DNA of 64,000 nt. Source: Camelus ferus (lineage: Eukaryota). The first letter of the stretch is position 1. Each line of letters opens with the position of its first letter. Positions 1 through 13,233 of this stretch are shown here, one piece after another. The DNA is taken from positions 24,120,001 through 24,184,000 of the forward strand of contig NC_045696.1 of NCBI RefSeq assembly GCF_009834535.1. Direction: 5' to 3'. Position numbers and translations under genes: made by a program. The notes under the pieces were generated by a model. That model was not told the origin of the DNA. It did no database searches and saw nothing but the letters and a program-made list of their open reading frames with translations.

Positions 1-64
1 GTTTATTGTTCTTCCAAAAGACATTTTAAGACTGAATGTTATCTTAATCTAAGATTGTTTTGTG

Positions 65-290
65 ATAGCAACATGATGATTAAGAGCTTAGGATTCAGAA
101 TTTGATAATCTAAGACTTGAATCCTGGGCATGTTATTCCCTAGGTCTCAGTTTTATTATCTTTAAAATGCATATGATATTAGAATCTACAATATAGGGTT
201 GTTATGAAAAATAAATGAGATAATGAGGCTCTATCACTTGGTCTAGTAACTGTACTTAGTGAATATCCAAATATATTAATTGTCATCATC
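65..290 (+). mobile_element. MIR SINE, decayed
   Basis: Core resembles MIR (tctcagttttattatctttaaaatg...atagggttgttatgaaaaataaatgagataatg). Confidence 0.7.
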
Positions 291-1339
291 ATCACCATCA
301 TGGTTTCAGGTAGGAGCTTTACTTTTTAGCTTTGTGTAACCAGCACCATAACAGTACTGCTATAGTAAGCCCTTATCATTGAATTAATAAACTGTGTATC
401 TGTTGAATCCCTACAAAAGATAAGCTGAACGAAAAATCATAAACTTCCGTCAAAACCAAAATTATTCTGATGACACACCTAGATATTAAAAAAAAAGTTA
501 TTCCCCTAAGATTGGTATCATTGAGGTGATCTGGAATGTATGCTGTGGGCCTGAGAAAGTTGAGAGGAGGAATGTGGCTCACCAGTGGTGGAAGGAAGTC
601 CAGCCAAACTCCTGGAATGCTGTGTCTTGATATTTACAGATAAGTGGAGGGCATCTGGACAAGCATATGGCATCACCAAAGCTCCACAACACTGCAAGGC
701 AAGGCAAGAAGTATTGAGTGGGGATCAGCATCTGGGAAGACAATCCAGGACCCAACAGGAGCCAAGGACCAAATCCTCATGCCTGGAAAATCCCTGAAAA
801 GGATCCCAGGCAAGGTCTCAGTTCAAACAGACTGCATCTTAGGCTAAGGGCTTGGGTACAAGAGTAGAAGTCAGGGGACAAGAACTGCAAGGGCAGCTTG
901 GGATTTAGACTGAAGAATATGGCTTACATGCAAATTCTAGATCAGAACAAGACTAGCAGAAAAGTAGAAATGCTAAGTCCTAGAAGTATCAAACTCAAGT
1001 TCAATAAATGTCCCCATCAAAAACAAGATTGATTTTAGATCCTAGGGCAGAACTCAGTCTGCAGATAGAACCACATGACCCCTGATGTGAGGAAGGAAGA
1101 TTTGAGAAAACATTGCATTTTTAAATTAGATTTTTCTTTCATTTCGCATCTGCAGCAAATCTCTATTAGAAAATCATTTCAGACATTCTCTAGGTGGGAG
1201 AATGAACTAAGGTTAAAGTTAGGATTAATTTACTAATGTGCTGGTTTGTGTGGTCCATTCCATGCATTCCCACAGTAGCTTGCAGATATTTCTCTCTCTC
1301 TCTTCCTCTCTTTCTTTCTTTTGTTTTCCCTTTCTTACT

Positions 1340-1885
1340 CTATGTATAACTTATAATTTACATACCATCCAATTCATTCATTCCAAATGTACAACTCAGT
1401 GATTTTCAGTATACTCACAGAGTTGTTCAGCCATTACTACAATAAATTTTGGAATATTCCCATCACCCCAAAAAGAAACCTCATACCCATTAGCCGTCAC
1501 TCTCCACTCCCACCCCCTCCACCTAGCCTCTGGCAATTACTAATCTACATTCTGTTTCTATGGATTTGCATATTCTGGAAGTTTCATATAAATTCAATCA
1601 TACAGTACATGGTCTTTTGTGATTGGTTTCTTTCACTTAGCATAATGTTTTCAAGTTTCATCCATGTTGTAACAAGAATCAGTACTTCATTCTTTTTCAG
1701 GGCTGAATAATATTCCACTGTATAAATACACTACTTTTTATTTATCCAGTCAGCAATTGATGGACATTTGTGTTGTTCCTACTTTCTGGATGCTATGAGT
1801 AATGCTGCTAGGAATATTTATATGTGAGTTTTTGTGTAGACATATTTTCAATTCTCTTTGGCATATATATAGGAGTAAAATAGAT
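1340..1885 (-). mobile_element. L1M (L1MB-like) 3' end, antisense
   Basis: Typical antisense L1MB 3'UTR/ORF2-end text (catcaccccaaaaagaaacctcatacccattagc; ttctttcacttagcataatgttttcaag; tgatggacatttg). Confidence 0.85.
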
Positions 1886-1934
1886 ATCACTCTTTAAAAT
1901 TCTTATTAAACAAACTAAGGTCCTTTAAAAATTA

Positions 1935-2170
1935 TTTCAGTGAGTATTTGATAATTGCCTCTCCCATCCCAGGTACTCCTTTTTAGTCCTAGAGTACAAA
2001 AATGAACAAAAGTGAACAAAAGAGATAAACTATCTGTCCTCATGGAACTGACATTTCTCCACAAAGCTTTAAGTCCTTGAGAACAAGAACCATAATTATA
2101 TGATTCCCTTTCCTATCCACAGTACCTAGCACAGTTCTGCACAATACATTAATGTAAGAATTAATGTATG
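1935..2170. mobile_element. L2 3'-end fragments in both orientations
   Basis: ctgtcctcatggaactgacatt (antisense L2) followed by ccttgagaacaagaacc...cagtacctagcacagt (sense L2 tail). Confidence 0.5.
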
Positions 2171-3719
2171 TATCCATAACTTATGGGGAAAACTTGAATC
2201 ATTATAATAAAGTTTAAATAGAATTTGACCCGTCTCCCACCTACTAAATCATAGAAACTCCAATCTCCTTCTAATGCCTCTAATTTTTTAAGAAAACTCC
2301 CATTTTATGGGCGATGCAGCTCTCCTACCTCCCACGAGGCATCTACTACTCCTTCCTCCATCGTGGAATGTGGATGTCATGGGACCCGGGCTCCCACATT
2401 GCTATCCTGATGATGAAAACAGTGGTGGCTTCCAGCCCAGGGCTCTGAGAACCGCTCCTTATGCCCTTCAGATGCATTATGTTTCTCTTCTTCCGAATGC
2501 CAAGTTGCTCTCAGCTACCTCTTCTAGCGGGAAAAACATCCTCCACTCTACTTAGGTTACACACTGTAAACACCACCTTCTAATACTGAGTATCCATGAC
2601 CAGCCTTCATTCTCAACAGCTCATAGAGATGTTTCTGGTCCTGGGCTTGTATTGCTGCTTTCTCCTTCTCCCTTGGACACGGGATTGCTGGGGCGAGGAG
2701 GTCCAGTCTATAGGACAGCCTGGTCACCATTCACCAGACTACTCAAAACTTTTCCTTCTCCTCTGATGGCAACCAGTAATGGAATCAGTTTTGGGCACCT
2801 CAAATTTCTGTCTTCTCACAATGAATTCCTCCACTTGCTAGTTTTTAGTTGCTCATGCAAACAGACCCTGGAAGGATCTCTCCTTGCAAAGTCTCCAGAC
2901 ATCAGCAAAAGATCTGAGTTATGAAGATGAACAGCTTAAGTCTCAAACTTTGTCCCTGCTGCAGCAGCATTTACTGTAAAATGTGATTTGACAACATTTT
3001 GGTCAATGTCTCTTCTGACTGCCCACATGTGAGTCTGTTTCAATTATGGCTTTGGATTTACGATTTTGGAAATAGATTTAGGAGTAGGCCAATAGTTCAG
3101 GTAATTTCACTGTGACCTGGCAGCACTCTCAATTCGGTGATTTAATTTGTATCTTGTGCAAGTCAGTAAAATGCTCTGAAATTCAAGCTCCTCTTTTGTA
3201 GGAAGGGGATTATTTACCGTCTAGAGTGATAATGATAATAGCTAATGTTTATCGTGTGCTTCTGGGAAGTAGGCGCAATTTTATATCCTTTGTATCTATT
3301 GGCTCAATGACTCCTCACATCATGTTCATGAAATAGTTGCTATTATTGTTGGGTAAAATCATTCTAAATAATATAGGTTGATTATAAAAGAGTCATGCTT
3401 ATTACTTTGAAAATGAGGCATAGACAGGATTCATTCACTTCATGAAAACTTCTATGTGATTTTGTCAATAATCAATTATATAGTTAATACATCCTTTCAC
3501 TAGAAGACAAATTATATCTGTTTCACAATAGGACTTTTCCATGAATAATCTCCTGTGTGTACAGTTCAGGCCCCACAGATTATTTTGACTTCCACTCAGA
3601 TTTCCACACTCCTCACTTTTACTCCATACTTGAATTCCATTCGGGAAATGGATGTCAGAGCAAAGAGCTGTAAGAGTAATATGAAACACCAGTCTATTAA
3701 GGCAGACTGAGCTCTTTTC

Positions 3720-4030
3720 TATTTTATTTTTAAAAATTTTATTGAAGTATAACTGATTTACAATGTTGTACTAGTGTCTAATGTACAGCACAGTGACTCA
3801 GTTATACATATATATCCTTTCTCATGTTCTTTTCCACTATAATTTATTACAGGATATTGAATACAGTCCCTGTGCCATAGTAGGACTGTGTTGTTTATCT
3901 ATTTAATATATAGTAGTTTGTATCTGCTAATCCCAAACTCCTAATTTATCCCTCCTTCTGCTTTCTCCTTTGGTAAGCGTAAGTTTGTTTTCTATGTCTC
4001 TAAGTTTGTTTCTGGTTTGTAAATAAGTTG
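3720..4030 (-). mobile_element. L1 3' end (artiodactyl/laurasiatherian type), 5'-truncated
   Basis: tttattgaagtataactgatttacaatgttgt...tacagcacagtgactcagttatacat...ctcctttggtaagcgtaagtttgttttctatgtc. Confidence 0.85.
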
Positions 4031-5207
4031 AAAAGAGCAAAAACAACTCACTAAGTCTGGACCAGAACCAGCCACTTTGTCTCACTTTCCCACCCAAAAC
4101 TGGACGAGTGTTCCTGTTGTGAAGATTCTTCCTCGAAATTTTGGTGAAATAGTACATAGAATGTAAGCCCATTATAGGATTTCTTTCTTTCTTTCTTTGG
4201 TCTTTAACTTGAGACTTCTGCAACAGGCCCTGGGCTTTCTTTTCTTTTCATATAGCTAGCTGCATTATTTTCTTCTGCATAGTGAGACGAGAACCATTTG
4301 GTTAGCCATCAACTCCGTCTTATCTGCTTGGCTGCATGCTTTGCTAGCTGCTCTGAGATATTTGGCCAGGAATTCAGTTTAGATTAACAAATTCTGTTCT
4401 ATGGTTGAAGAAAATATTAACTAATTTGGTAAGAATTATAAGCACAAAGTGTTTGTGGTTTTGGGGGGTGGGGGAGGGGTGTCAGAAGAATTGTTGATAA
4501 TCATACATTTTTGCATTAAAATTCTAGTTCAGTAAGTAATCAGCATGGGGGTGTCTGATTGGTTGATTAGATGCAGAGGCAAATAATTTGTTGCTTTTTT
4601 AGGGAAATTTCCATCAAAGTGGTTGTACCTAGAGAATTTAAATGAATGTATTATTTTAAATCCATGTATATTTATTTCAAATTGAGTTTTCCTGGAGAAC
4701 AAAAGAGTTGTTTTTCCATCCAGAACACTCATGGTTTCCAAGGTGGTGACTGGATTAAAAAAAGAAAAAATCACAAGGTATTAGCTTGCTCTCTCTCCCC
4801 CTTTCCCTCTCCCTGCCTCTCTCTCTCTTTCTCTTACTTCCTCTCTCACCAACCAACCAAAATGCTGCATGGTAAAGTTCCAAGTTTGCCTCCACAGGCC
4901 TAATTAGAGAAAACCTAGTGTGGAATAAAACTGAGGAAGCATGGATCTGAGAGGAAGTCGAAGTAATTTATTATTATTACTTATGATCCTGTCTGGGTTT
5001 TTGTCTTTGTTTTTGTTTTTGTTTTTCTGTGACTATATCTTCTGAATTTAGTTAAAGTGATTCATTCTGTAAGTAGTTCAACCAAGGAACCCACATTTTG
5101 GCTCAGACTTGAAAAATAAGAAGGGCTAACCAATGTGGTTAAGGAGCTCCTTGGAAGGGCCTTGGTCACAACCATGAACAGTCACGATGCAAACTTAAAA
5201 AGATAGG

Positions 5208-5295
5208 CTGGTGGGCGTAGCCACAGTTCAGTGGTAGAGTCCATGTTTAACTTGCACAAGGTCCTGGGTTCAGTACCCAGTACCTCCATTAAAAA

Positions 5296-5366
<71 letters not shown>
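5208..5366 (+). mobile_element. tRNA-derived SINE (camelid vic-1-like) with (TAA)n tail
   Basis: A-box-like cagttcagtggtagag and B-box-like gtcctgggttcagtaccc, then agtacctcc and an AT-rich tail; possible degenerate TSD ataggct/atagact. Confidence 0.8.
5297..5366. repeat. (TAA)n microsatellite, about 23 units
   Basis: Uninterrupted taa run read directly. Confidence 0.97.
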
Positions 5367-5367
<1 letters not shown>

Positions 5368-6099
5368 TAGACTAAAAGGTGGACTGGAAAACAAGATATA
5401 TCCCTTTATCCCTGGCTAGACTTTCGTCAAAAGGGCTACTGACTCAGGCCACAGCTGGCTTTTGAGTGGATTCAGAACCATCCCACCCCCAGGGACGCTC
5501 ACTCTTTCTTACTTGCAAATGCCTGAACTAGGATCACTTCAGAGGCACTTAAGAGCTTCCTACCAAGATTTTGTTTGAAAAGCTGAAAAAAAAAATCACA
5601 ATTTGCTAATATCATGAAGCCTCTGACAACACCCCCCAGGGCCTGAGCCAGCAGGGTAGGAAACTACTTTGTACCTCTGCTCCACTTGGATCCTGGGGAG
5701 CAGCTAATCTTCCCAGACCTCACACCCCTGTTTATTCTCAGTCCCTGCCCTTTGACCTTCTATCCCCTCCCCTACTCTCAGTCCCAGACTTCACTTCTGG
5801 CTGCCTTGGTTGGTCGTAGTCTCTGCATTCCCCACTCTATGATAGAAAACTCCGCCACTGAAAACCTCTTGGCAGAATGCTTCTTGTCTTAACTGGAGTC
5901 TAATAGCCCTGAAGGCCAGAATTTCCCATACAAACCCTTGTAATGAAGAGAACGAGGTGCTGGTATCTCCTCCTTCCCTTTTACATAAAACCATTATTCC
6001 TCTGCATGTCAAAAATGTCAGAAGCTACCCTTTGGGGCTGATATAAACCAGCTATTCACCTTGTTAGTACCTTTTACTAACCTTCAGTTTGGGCAACCG

Positions 6100-6740
6100 G
6101 ACCACATACTTCCCTTCAGCTTGTCAAATTCTTAACTTCTGAGTAAGCTAAATAGTCATTTAGGTGATATTTCCAATATATCTTCCTCACATTTTCCTTC
6201 ATTTTAATTCCAAATCTTCCATTTTCACTCTGCTTGAACTACCTCTCATACATGGCCATGAAATTATTCCTTGAAATCATTCTGAAATTCTCCAATTCTG
6301 AAATCTTAAATGCTGACATCTTATGCATGGACCGAAATCTCTTATCATATCAGCTCTCTTCATCCCTACACCCACTGTGCCAATTTTGACTTGATGCAGG
6401 CTTATACCCCCTTGGCCATTTCCTCCCATCAGCCAGCATCTTCCTGTCAAGCCACACCTGTTACTCCCTAGAACTTCTGAAGCATTGCATCTACCCAGTG
6501 GAATCCCATCCCTAGCTGAAGTCAAAAACCCATGTGCAATGCCCTAAACACCAGTTTGCTGAGTGTTGTTAGAGAAGAGCATGCCACATGTGAAATGGTG
6601 TCGCCTTTGGACCTCACACTGCTTGACAGTCATTCAATGGAATCTTACCAGCAACCAATGCCATGTTCCCAAACCTAGTTATGCCTTCTCACATGCCCCC
6701 AGGCCAGATGTCTATGCTTTTCACATCGCCATACTTTCCC
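6100..6740 (+). mobile_element. L2 internal (ORF2) fragment, highly decayed
   Basis: C/T-rich L2-like text, e.g. gctgagtgttgttagagaagagcatgccacatgtgaaatggtgtcgccttt resembles the L2 ORF2 inter-domain region. Confidence 0.45.
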
Positions 6741-7109
6741 TCTGAAATGAAAATGAAATGGCTGTCGTGTACTCATCATTTTCAGGTAAAGACTTTCACA
6801 GGATGGGATTGTGATGAATTGATCTAGGTTCTTCTGTATTGGCTAACTAAAACTTTTCCCACAAGAGAGGACTTTCATAGTCCCTCCCCTGAACAGAATA
6901 TCTCCATGCCAGAAACACACATAGAGAAATAAGTATTTTTCTGTGCATTATCTGAACAGTAATAGAAGTTTTGTCAGATCCCTGATACAAGGGATCCAGG
7001 ACAATAATCCTGAGCTTATCTATTTTTCTGAATATATGTGTTTAATATATGTGTATATTATATATATATAAAGCATTTAACTACAATGCTTTAAACAAAT
7101 ATTTATTAA

Positions 7110-7240
7110 TCATTTATTATATACCATTCCCACTAGAAGGTAAACTCTATAAGATCAGGGACCTGTGTTTGTTTTATTGCTGTTTTTTATTCCCAGTACC
7201 TAAGGCTTGTAACTGTATACAGATCCTAAATTAATTTGAA
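7110..7240 (+). mobile_element. L2 3' end
   Basis: cccactagaaggtaaactctataagatcagggacctgtg...tattcccagtacctaag. Confidence 0.7.
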
Positions 7241-10099
7241 TTTTGAGGGTCTTTCATGAAATACTGTAGGAGCAAGTCACATACCTTTCTTTTTTTTTTT
7301 TTTTTTTCACATCTTCAGCTGTCTCGAGGGAAAAAAAAATCAAGTAATCATAATTGTAGGTTACTTTTCCTTCCTCTGTGGTCTACATCACCCAGTCAAT
7401 AAGTCAGTTCTATTGGCTAGATAGATCCCATTTTGGCAACAATTTCAGATGTTTCTAATGCCCTAGTACCATGTAGTGGAGTGCTCAGAATGGTTCCCTG
7501 TTGATCAAACCCAGTTCAAATAATGCAATAGACCTTCTTCTAGAAGGCATTATTCTCTCTGCCTAAAGAATCTGCAGCTTTCCTCTTATCAAATCCCTCG
7601 GCTTCCAGTGAATGTGAGGTTACCAAAGATTGTCCAAGACCTTGTAGTCAATGGTCACTAGCAAAATACTCAGGAGGCCTACTTCACTTTCAACCTTACT
7701 CTCTAAGGCAACATATTCCAAATGTTGTGAATTTCAAAATGTCCTTGTGTCCATCAAGTAGAGTTTCTAAATCCTTCGAAGTTAGACTTCACCTACAGCT
7801 GGTATATTTTAGAGCATTACCAGTCCATTTGCATTCATGAATCAGATGTACAGAAACCTAACAGTGCTACTTTTCCAGAGCTGACCTCAGCTTACCTCTG
7901 AATCTCTCTTTGATCACTAGCAAAAAAAAGATTCATGTACCTTTAAGGTAGTCTATCCAGTCACATCCTGTTTAAAACATTCCCTTTGAGGTAAAAGTTC
8001 ATTTATGTTCAGAATTTAAACATATTCAATTCATAGTTTAATCTCCTTAGGATGGCTGTTCTAAGCTCTCAAAAGACGTCTTTGTCCTTTCTTCAGCCTA
8101 CAGGATACCGAGGAACTCATCTAGCATCGTGATGTCATCTGTGTGTGTGGTGTGGGGGAGGGTTGCAGGGAGGGGTCCAATCGCCATTTCTTCATCCCGG
8201 TTCTTATTTGACAGCTGGTGGCTCCTGCTGCTCGGCCTGTGGTTGCTGGTGGTTGGCCTCTGTCTTTGCTACATTGGCTGTTGCTGTTCTCTGTGCTATA
8301 ACTATAACTATTCCTTCCTGACCTTCACCCCTACGAACTGGTCTCCACCTTGGCCTCCAGGCACAGGCCACAAGGACCGAGTTCTTATCTTGATCCCAAC
8401 CACCAGCAGTGGCCCTCCCAGAGCCTCAGCACCCCCACTAGTTTCTGGAGTAACTTCTGGATCTCTTCCTCCGGGCCTGCCACACCGCACGGGGCTCAGG
8501 GCGATGGTACTGATGGAGGCCCACACACCGTGATTCTAAATATTACTGAGCAAAACGATCGTTGAATAAAATAGATTCTGTACTTTTCCCTTGACAAATA
8601 TGCTTCTATAATGACTCAGGTCATTTGAATTTCAAAATGTTAGACTGCCTGTAGCCCTACGCTGAGGTGGGCTGACATGAGGGAAGCAAGCCCCACTTTC
8701 TAATCCACTTTCCATTCTCCTCCCACCACCGGCTGCTTTCCCCATGGCCTGTGGCCTTTGGGCCTTTAACACACCTGTGTGGAAATCCCAGCCCACGTAC
8801 AGAGGATCTCATCTGCAGCCCACACCAACCCCCACACACACAAACACAAATAATCACTTCTTGGCCTCGACCCAGCCCTACGGGTGCACACACTAGTGGG
8901 AAGGCTTACCTTCCAGAGACTGGATCCAAGAAGAGACACGCAAAGCCTGGGTGAAGGATGAGGACAATCTTGGCAGAATTTCCAGGACCCCAAGGGTCCA
9001 GAGCATGGCTTGGAATGGTAGCAGTGAAATGAGCCCTGGGTGGGCAAGTCCCTTGGTCCCCAGGACTTCCAGTCTTGTAGGACAGGACCTGGTCAGAGAA
9101 AGGCCAATGTGTACCCCCTTCAAGTGTGAGGCCCGAGCAGGGGTCTAAGGGCCGTACTGTCTCCATGCTACAGGTGATCAGGACAGCTCGGCGGGTGGAC
9201 ACTCTTTCAAGACCCTGCCATCTGCCTCACACACCACTTCTACTCTGCTGGGGCTGCTGAGGTGGGAGAGAGGCACTCAGACTGGTCGGTGGAAAATAGG
9301 GTATACCCTCCTTTAGTGCTGAGATTCCTAGCAGCCACTCCCTTCTCCCATGGGTTTCAAACCTAGGGCGTGAGCCAGAGAACCAGCACAGACTGACATC
9401 TTAACTCATTTCCGCTCTCCTCCCTCCTTTTACAGACTTGTCCATCTTGCCCACGTGGCAGGAGCCACCCTTGTGTTATGGTACATCCCACACCCTTCTC
9501 TATTCTTTGTGGTTAATTATGTATGTTGATGATATGGTTTTTATGTCGATATTTGGGTTTTATTTCCATATGCATAGTTAAAGGGTTAGGCAATTCTAAA
9601 CACTTATTACCATCAAGCACAACTCCACCAGAGCCCTCCATTTCCCTTTCCCCAGAGCTAATTTCAAACTTTTAGCTTATCCATTCTGTTTTTGTCTATA
9701 AGATTCTAAATAGCATATTATATTATTTCTCACTTTTCAGTTTTAGGCAGTAATCTGGAATGATTTAACAATTTCTCTCCCACCTCTCACCCTCCCCATA
9801 TGCATATTTATGTCTATATATCGACTCTTGTTAGCAAAAATTTCTACTTTTATGCCTTGCCCCCATCTTCTGCTTCCTTCAAAACTGACATCAGTATTTA
9901 TAATAAAGAGCCTGATAGGATCATGAAATGACAGCTCTGTTGCCCAAGCCAAGCAAGTCTCCAAGTTCCAAAGATTCTACCCAAAATGATTGAAGACGTT
10001 GTCCTATAATGAAAAGAGAGACACATAAAGAGGAGTTCCCCAGAGGAGAAGGGACGCCACCTCCAAGTTAAAAGAAAAGTTGCTGAATCTATTTTTAAT

Positions 10100-10950
10100 A
10101 GTAGCATTGGAGTCTCTGAATGGAAATGCTATTGAAGACTGGATACGCTAGACAGAAAGTCAGGTATTCAAAGCCATGAGTTCATTTTCCTCAAGTATTT
10201 GGAGATGATAGCAAAGAAAAGAAGTAGCAAAGGTAGCAGATAGAAAATCAGGAGATAGCAGTAGTATGGGAGCTAAGAAAGCTTAAAAATCTGTTAAGTA
10301 ATCATTGTATCAAATTCTCAAAGGTCAAGATCCCAAAACCCAGTGATTTAATGATTGAGTTGTCACTGTTAAACAGCTGAAGTGGTTTCAGCAGATCTGT
10401 GAGGTTAGAAACAAGCCTGCAAGGAGTAGAAGCAGTAGGGTTAAAATAAAGAGAATAAGTTATTCTTTGGAAAAATCTATTGGGAGAAAAACAGAGAAAG
10501 ACAGAAAAAGGACTGAGAGATTTTGAATGAAAAGCTTGAGATAATGGCAGAGCAAAGGGTGGAGCGGACAGTGATACTTACAGACAGGTTGGAAGGTGAG
10601 ATATTGAAGATGCAAAGAAAGTAGATAATCAGAGGCTTAAGCTCATGGACACAAATCAAGAGGTTAGTTTTGAAGAGGAGGGCTATCTCATCCACTGAAA
10701 CCAAAGGCAAAAATAAAAAAGAAGTTGAGGGAATATACTGAGAAATAATTCAGTGTAGCTGAGGGCATGGGGAGAAGAGATGTTTTAATGAAGAAAGAAG
10801 ACAAATGAAAAGAGAATGCTCACATCAGGTGTCTGGGATCTTCTTGTCAATTTTCACAGTTTAAAGTCAGAGATGTGGTTACCTGCTGAATATAAGGAGG
10901 CCAAGGAGAGTAAGACTTAGAGGGTTTAGAGAAGTTTACAGAGTTATGCA
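10100..10950 (-). mobile_element. L2 fragment, antisense
   Basis: Purine-rich antisense L2 text (aaggtcaagat..., gtggtttcagcagatc..., ttgaagatgcaaaga, ggacacaaatcaagagg). Confidence 0.55.
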
Positions 10951-11458
10951 AAATTCATGGCGAGTAATTTTTTATAGGAAATCCATAAGATGTATACATT
11001 TCCACAAGGAGAAAAATTGCATGGGATGTAAACTTCAGTCCTTTATTCTTCAAGGGTGTTTCAAGCTCACCCCGTAATGTCACTTTCAAACTGTTCTAGA
11101 TAGTCAACTCAAGCCATAAGCAATCAATACAGGCTTGAGTCCCCAACAAAGAGACCTAAAAAGTTAGATTTGAATTCCTTACACCTTATAGCTATTGTAT
11201 TTTTCTTCATTGTTTCATGTTTTCCTACTGAGTCATTGTATGTAATTTTGAGGCTCAGGGGAATCAGTTATGGTTTATGCAGATATTGTCAAGACAGTTT
11301 CATGCAGCTGAGACAGAATCAGTTGAGAGAAGGCATGGAGAGGGTCTGTGGTTGGATAGGAGTAGATGTCCATTGCTAGGGGGTGGAGAAAGGACTGAGC
11401 ATTAAAGAGAAGTAGAAGGAAACATGAGACGAAAGATCCACAACTTGTGAGTCTACGG

Positions 11459-11657
11459 CTGTGGTTCTCTACTGGGAGTTATTTTGCTTCCCAAGCAGGT
11501 CTTTGGCAATGGTGGTCACAAATGGGGAGATGCTCCTGGCATCTAATGGGTAGAGGACATGGATGATGCTAAACATCCTGCAAAGCACAAGACAAGCCTC
11601 CACAACAAAGGATTATCTGGCCCAAAATGTGAATGGTGCCAAGATTGAGAAACCCTG
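11459..11657 (+). mobile_element. MER20 (hAT-Charlie non-autonomous DNA transposon)
   Basis: Ends ctgtggttctc...gagaaaccctg; internal ggcatctaatgggtagagg, gctaaacatcctgcaa, tatctggcccaaaatgt; 8-bp TSD gtctacgg/gtctagga. Confidence 0.9.
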
Positions 11658-12906
11658 GTCTAGGAACCCTGGAGAAAAGCAAAACTTTGGCAGACAAAGT
11701 CTTTTTTTATCCAGTGCCAAGCAGCTGACAATGATGGTTGAGAGTGTTAATTTTAATTATACTATAACATAAAACATTCTCATTATTTTTCCAAGAGACA
11801 CAATTAAGTAAAGTTTTAGTATTTACTGACCTAATTCAAAGAAATTACATTTTTGAGGTGTGGTGAAAGCCAGCTTTTGCATTCTGTCCTTACCGTGATG
11901 TTTTTGGCTGTACACCACAGAGCTAATAACTGGATGATGGGTTGGAATTCTCTGGTTTGGAAGCCTCTCGTCTCTACAGCCTTATGATATGGTGGTGGGA
12001 CATCATGCCCACTGGTCACACCCTAGTCTTGTATTATTATCTAGGTGCTACCTTTAAGAGATCACTCTAGAATCTGAAAAGCTGTTTTCTTGTCTGTTGC
12101 ATATTTTATTGCTACGTTCTATTACTATGTCACATCTGCCATAGGCCAAAAAAAAAAAAAAATAGAAAGAAAGAAAACAAAAGGAAAGAAAAAGAAATAA
12201 TAACTCCAAATGCACTGCAAGTCTAAACAGAAAGAGAAGGAGTATGTGTGTTGTGGTCCAAAGATTCTGAGCTCAAGAAAAAAGAGCTATGGGATAAAAA
12301 GAAAAAAGAAGAGTGGGAGGGGGAGAGAGAAGAGTTCCCATATGGTGTGTGAGAGGAGGAGGGGAATTAAGGATTGAGAAGAAAGAAGAAGGGCCTGGCA
12401 GCTTAATAACCTTTTCCAGCAACGGATTTATAGAAGTTAGTGGTGCTTCAAGAAAACAAAGTAGTGTGCCTGATGCCTTTTGAAACAGGAGTCTGTTCTC
12501 AGCTTTTCATCTTCTGTGCCTCCGTTATATGTAAATTGGGTTTCATGGCATATTAGAACTGTGAAGACGATTTAATATGCCAAAATGCGTTATGGATCAT
12601 TTGTGCATCAACTCTGCAGTTTAAACAGCAGTCACGGAATTGAAACTCAAAACTCTCCTTGCCAAACCACAGAGAACTTTTGGATTAACTCAAATGCATG
12701 CAGCACCTCTGTCAGAAGAGAGTCACGGCTCGCCTCAACCTATTCCAGGTACACAACATTCAGTGTGTGTGTTTGTTTTCATTGCGAGGATATGAATGAG
12801 ACAAGAGGATAAGAATTATCTTCATGCAGGATTGTAAACATTGTCCTTAGGTCTCTCACTCTGTCATCTTTGCCTGGTCATCAGAAGCAGAAGTTAAGAT
12901 GAAGTA

Positions 12907-13233
12907 AAAAAAAAGAAAAAAAAAAAGACACTATGAACTCATCTACAAAGCAGAAATAGACTCACAGACACGTAGTAAACAATCTTATGGTTACTGGCGA
13001 AAGGGGGTGGGAGGGGATAAGTTCACAAATGTTAGCTACTATATAAAAAAAATAGATTAAAAAACAAGTTTCTTCTGTATAGCACAGGGAACCATGCTCA
13101 ATATCTTGCAATAATCTTTAATGAAAAAGAATACGAAAATGAATAAATGTATATATATTCATGACTGGGACATTGTGCTTTATACCAGAAATTGACACAT
13201 AGTAACTGACTGTACTTCAATTAAAAAAAAAAA
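12907..13233 (+). mobile_element. Lineage-specific L1 3' end with polyA and perfect TSD
   Basis: L1 3'UTR text (gaactcatctacaaagcagaaatagactcacagac...actgactgtacttcaattaaaaa); TSD aagatgaagta at 12896-12906 and 13234-13244. Confidence 0.9.

Noticed and set aside
1387..1710. 107-aa ORF
   Set aside because: Antisense reading of an L1 3' end
3711..4038. 9-bp inverted repeat gctcttttc/gaaaagagc flanking an L1 fragment
   Set aside because: Too short and low in complexity, and L1 insertions create direct rather than inverted repeats
5221..5285. tRNA-like sequences here and at ~46845-46915
   Set aside because: Degenerate stems and AT-rich tails identify them as SINE heads, not tRNA genes
5182..5394. 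Poly-tyrosine ORF
   Set aside because: Antisense translation of the (TAA)n SINE tail
7440..7800. Minus-strand peptides LETLLDGH and FDQQGTILSTPLHG, vaguely like a WD40 protein (ELP2-like)
   Set aside because: Spacing and intervening residues do not fit, and there are many stops; likely chance unless blastx gives a significant hit
8129..8533. 134-aa ORF with a hydrophobic, membrane-like stretch
   Set aside because: GTG start, composition explained by low-complexity G/T-rich DNA, no recognised homology or splice support
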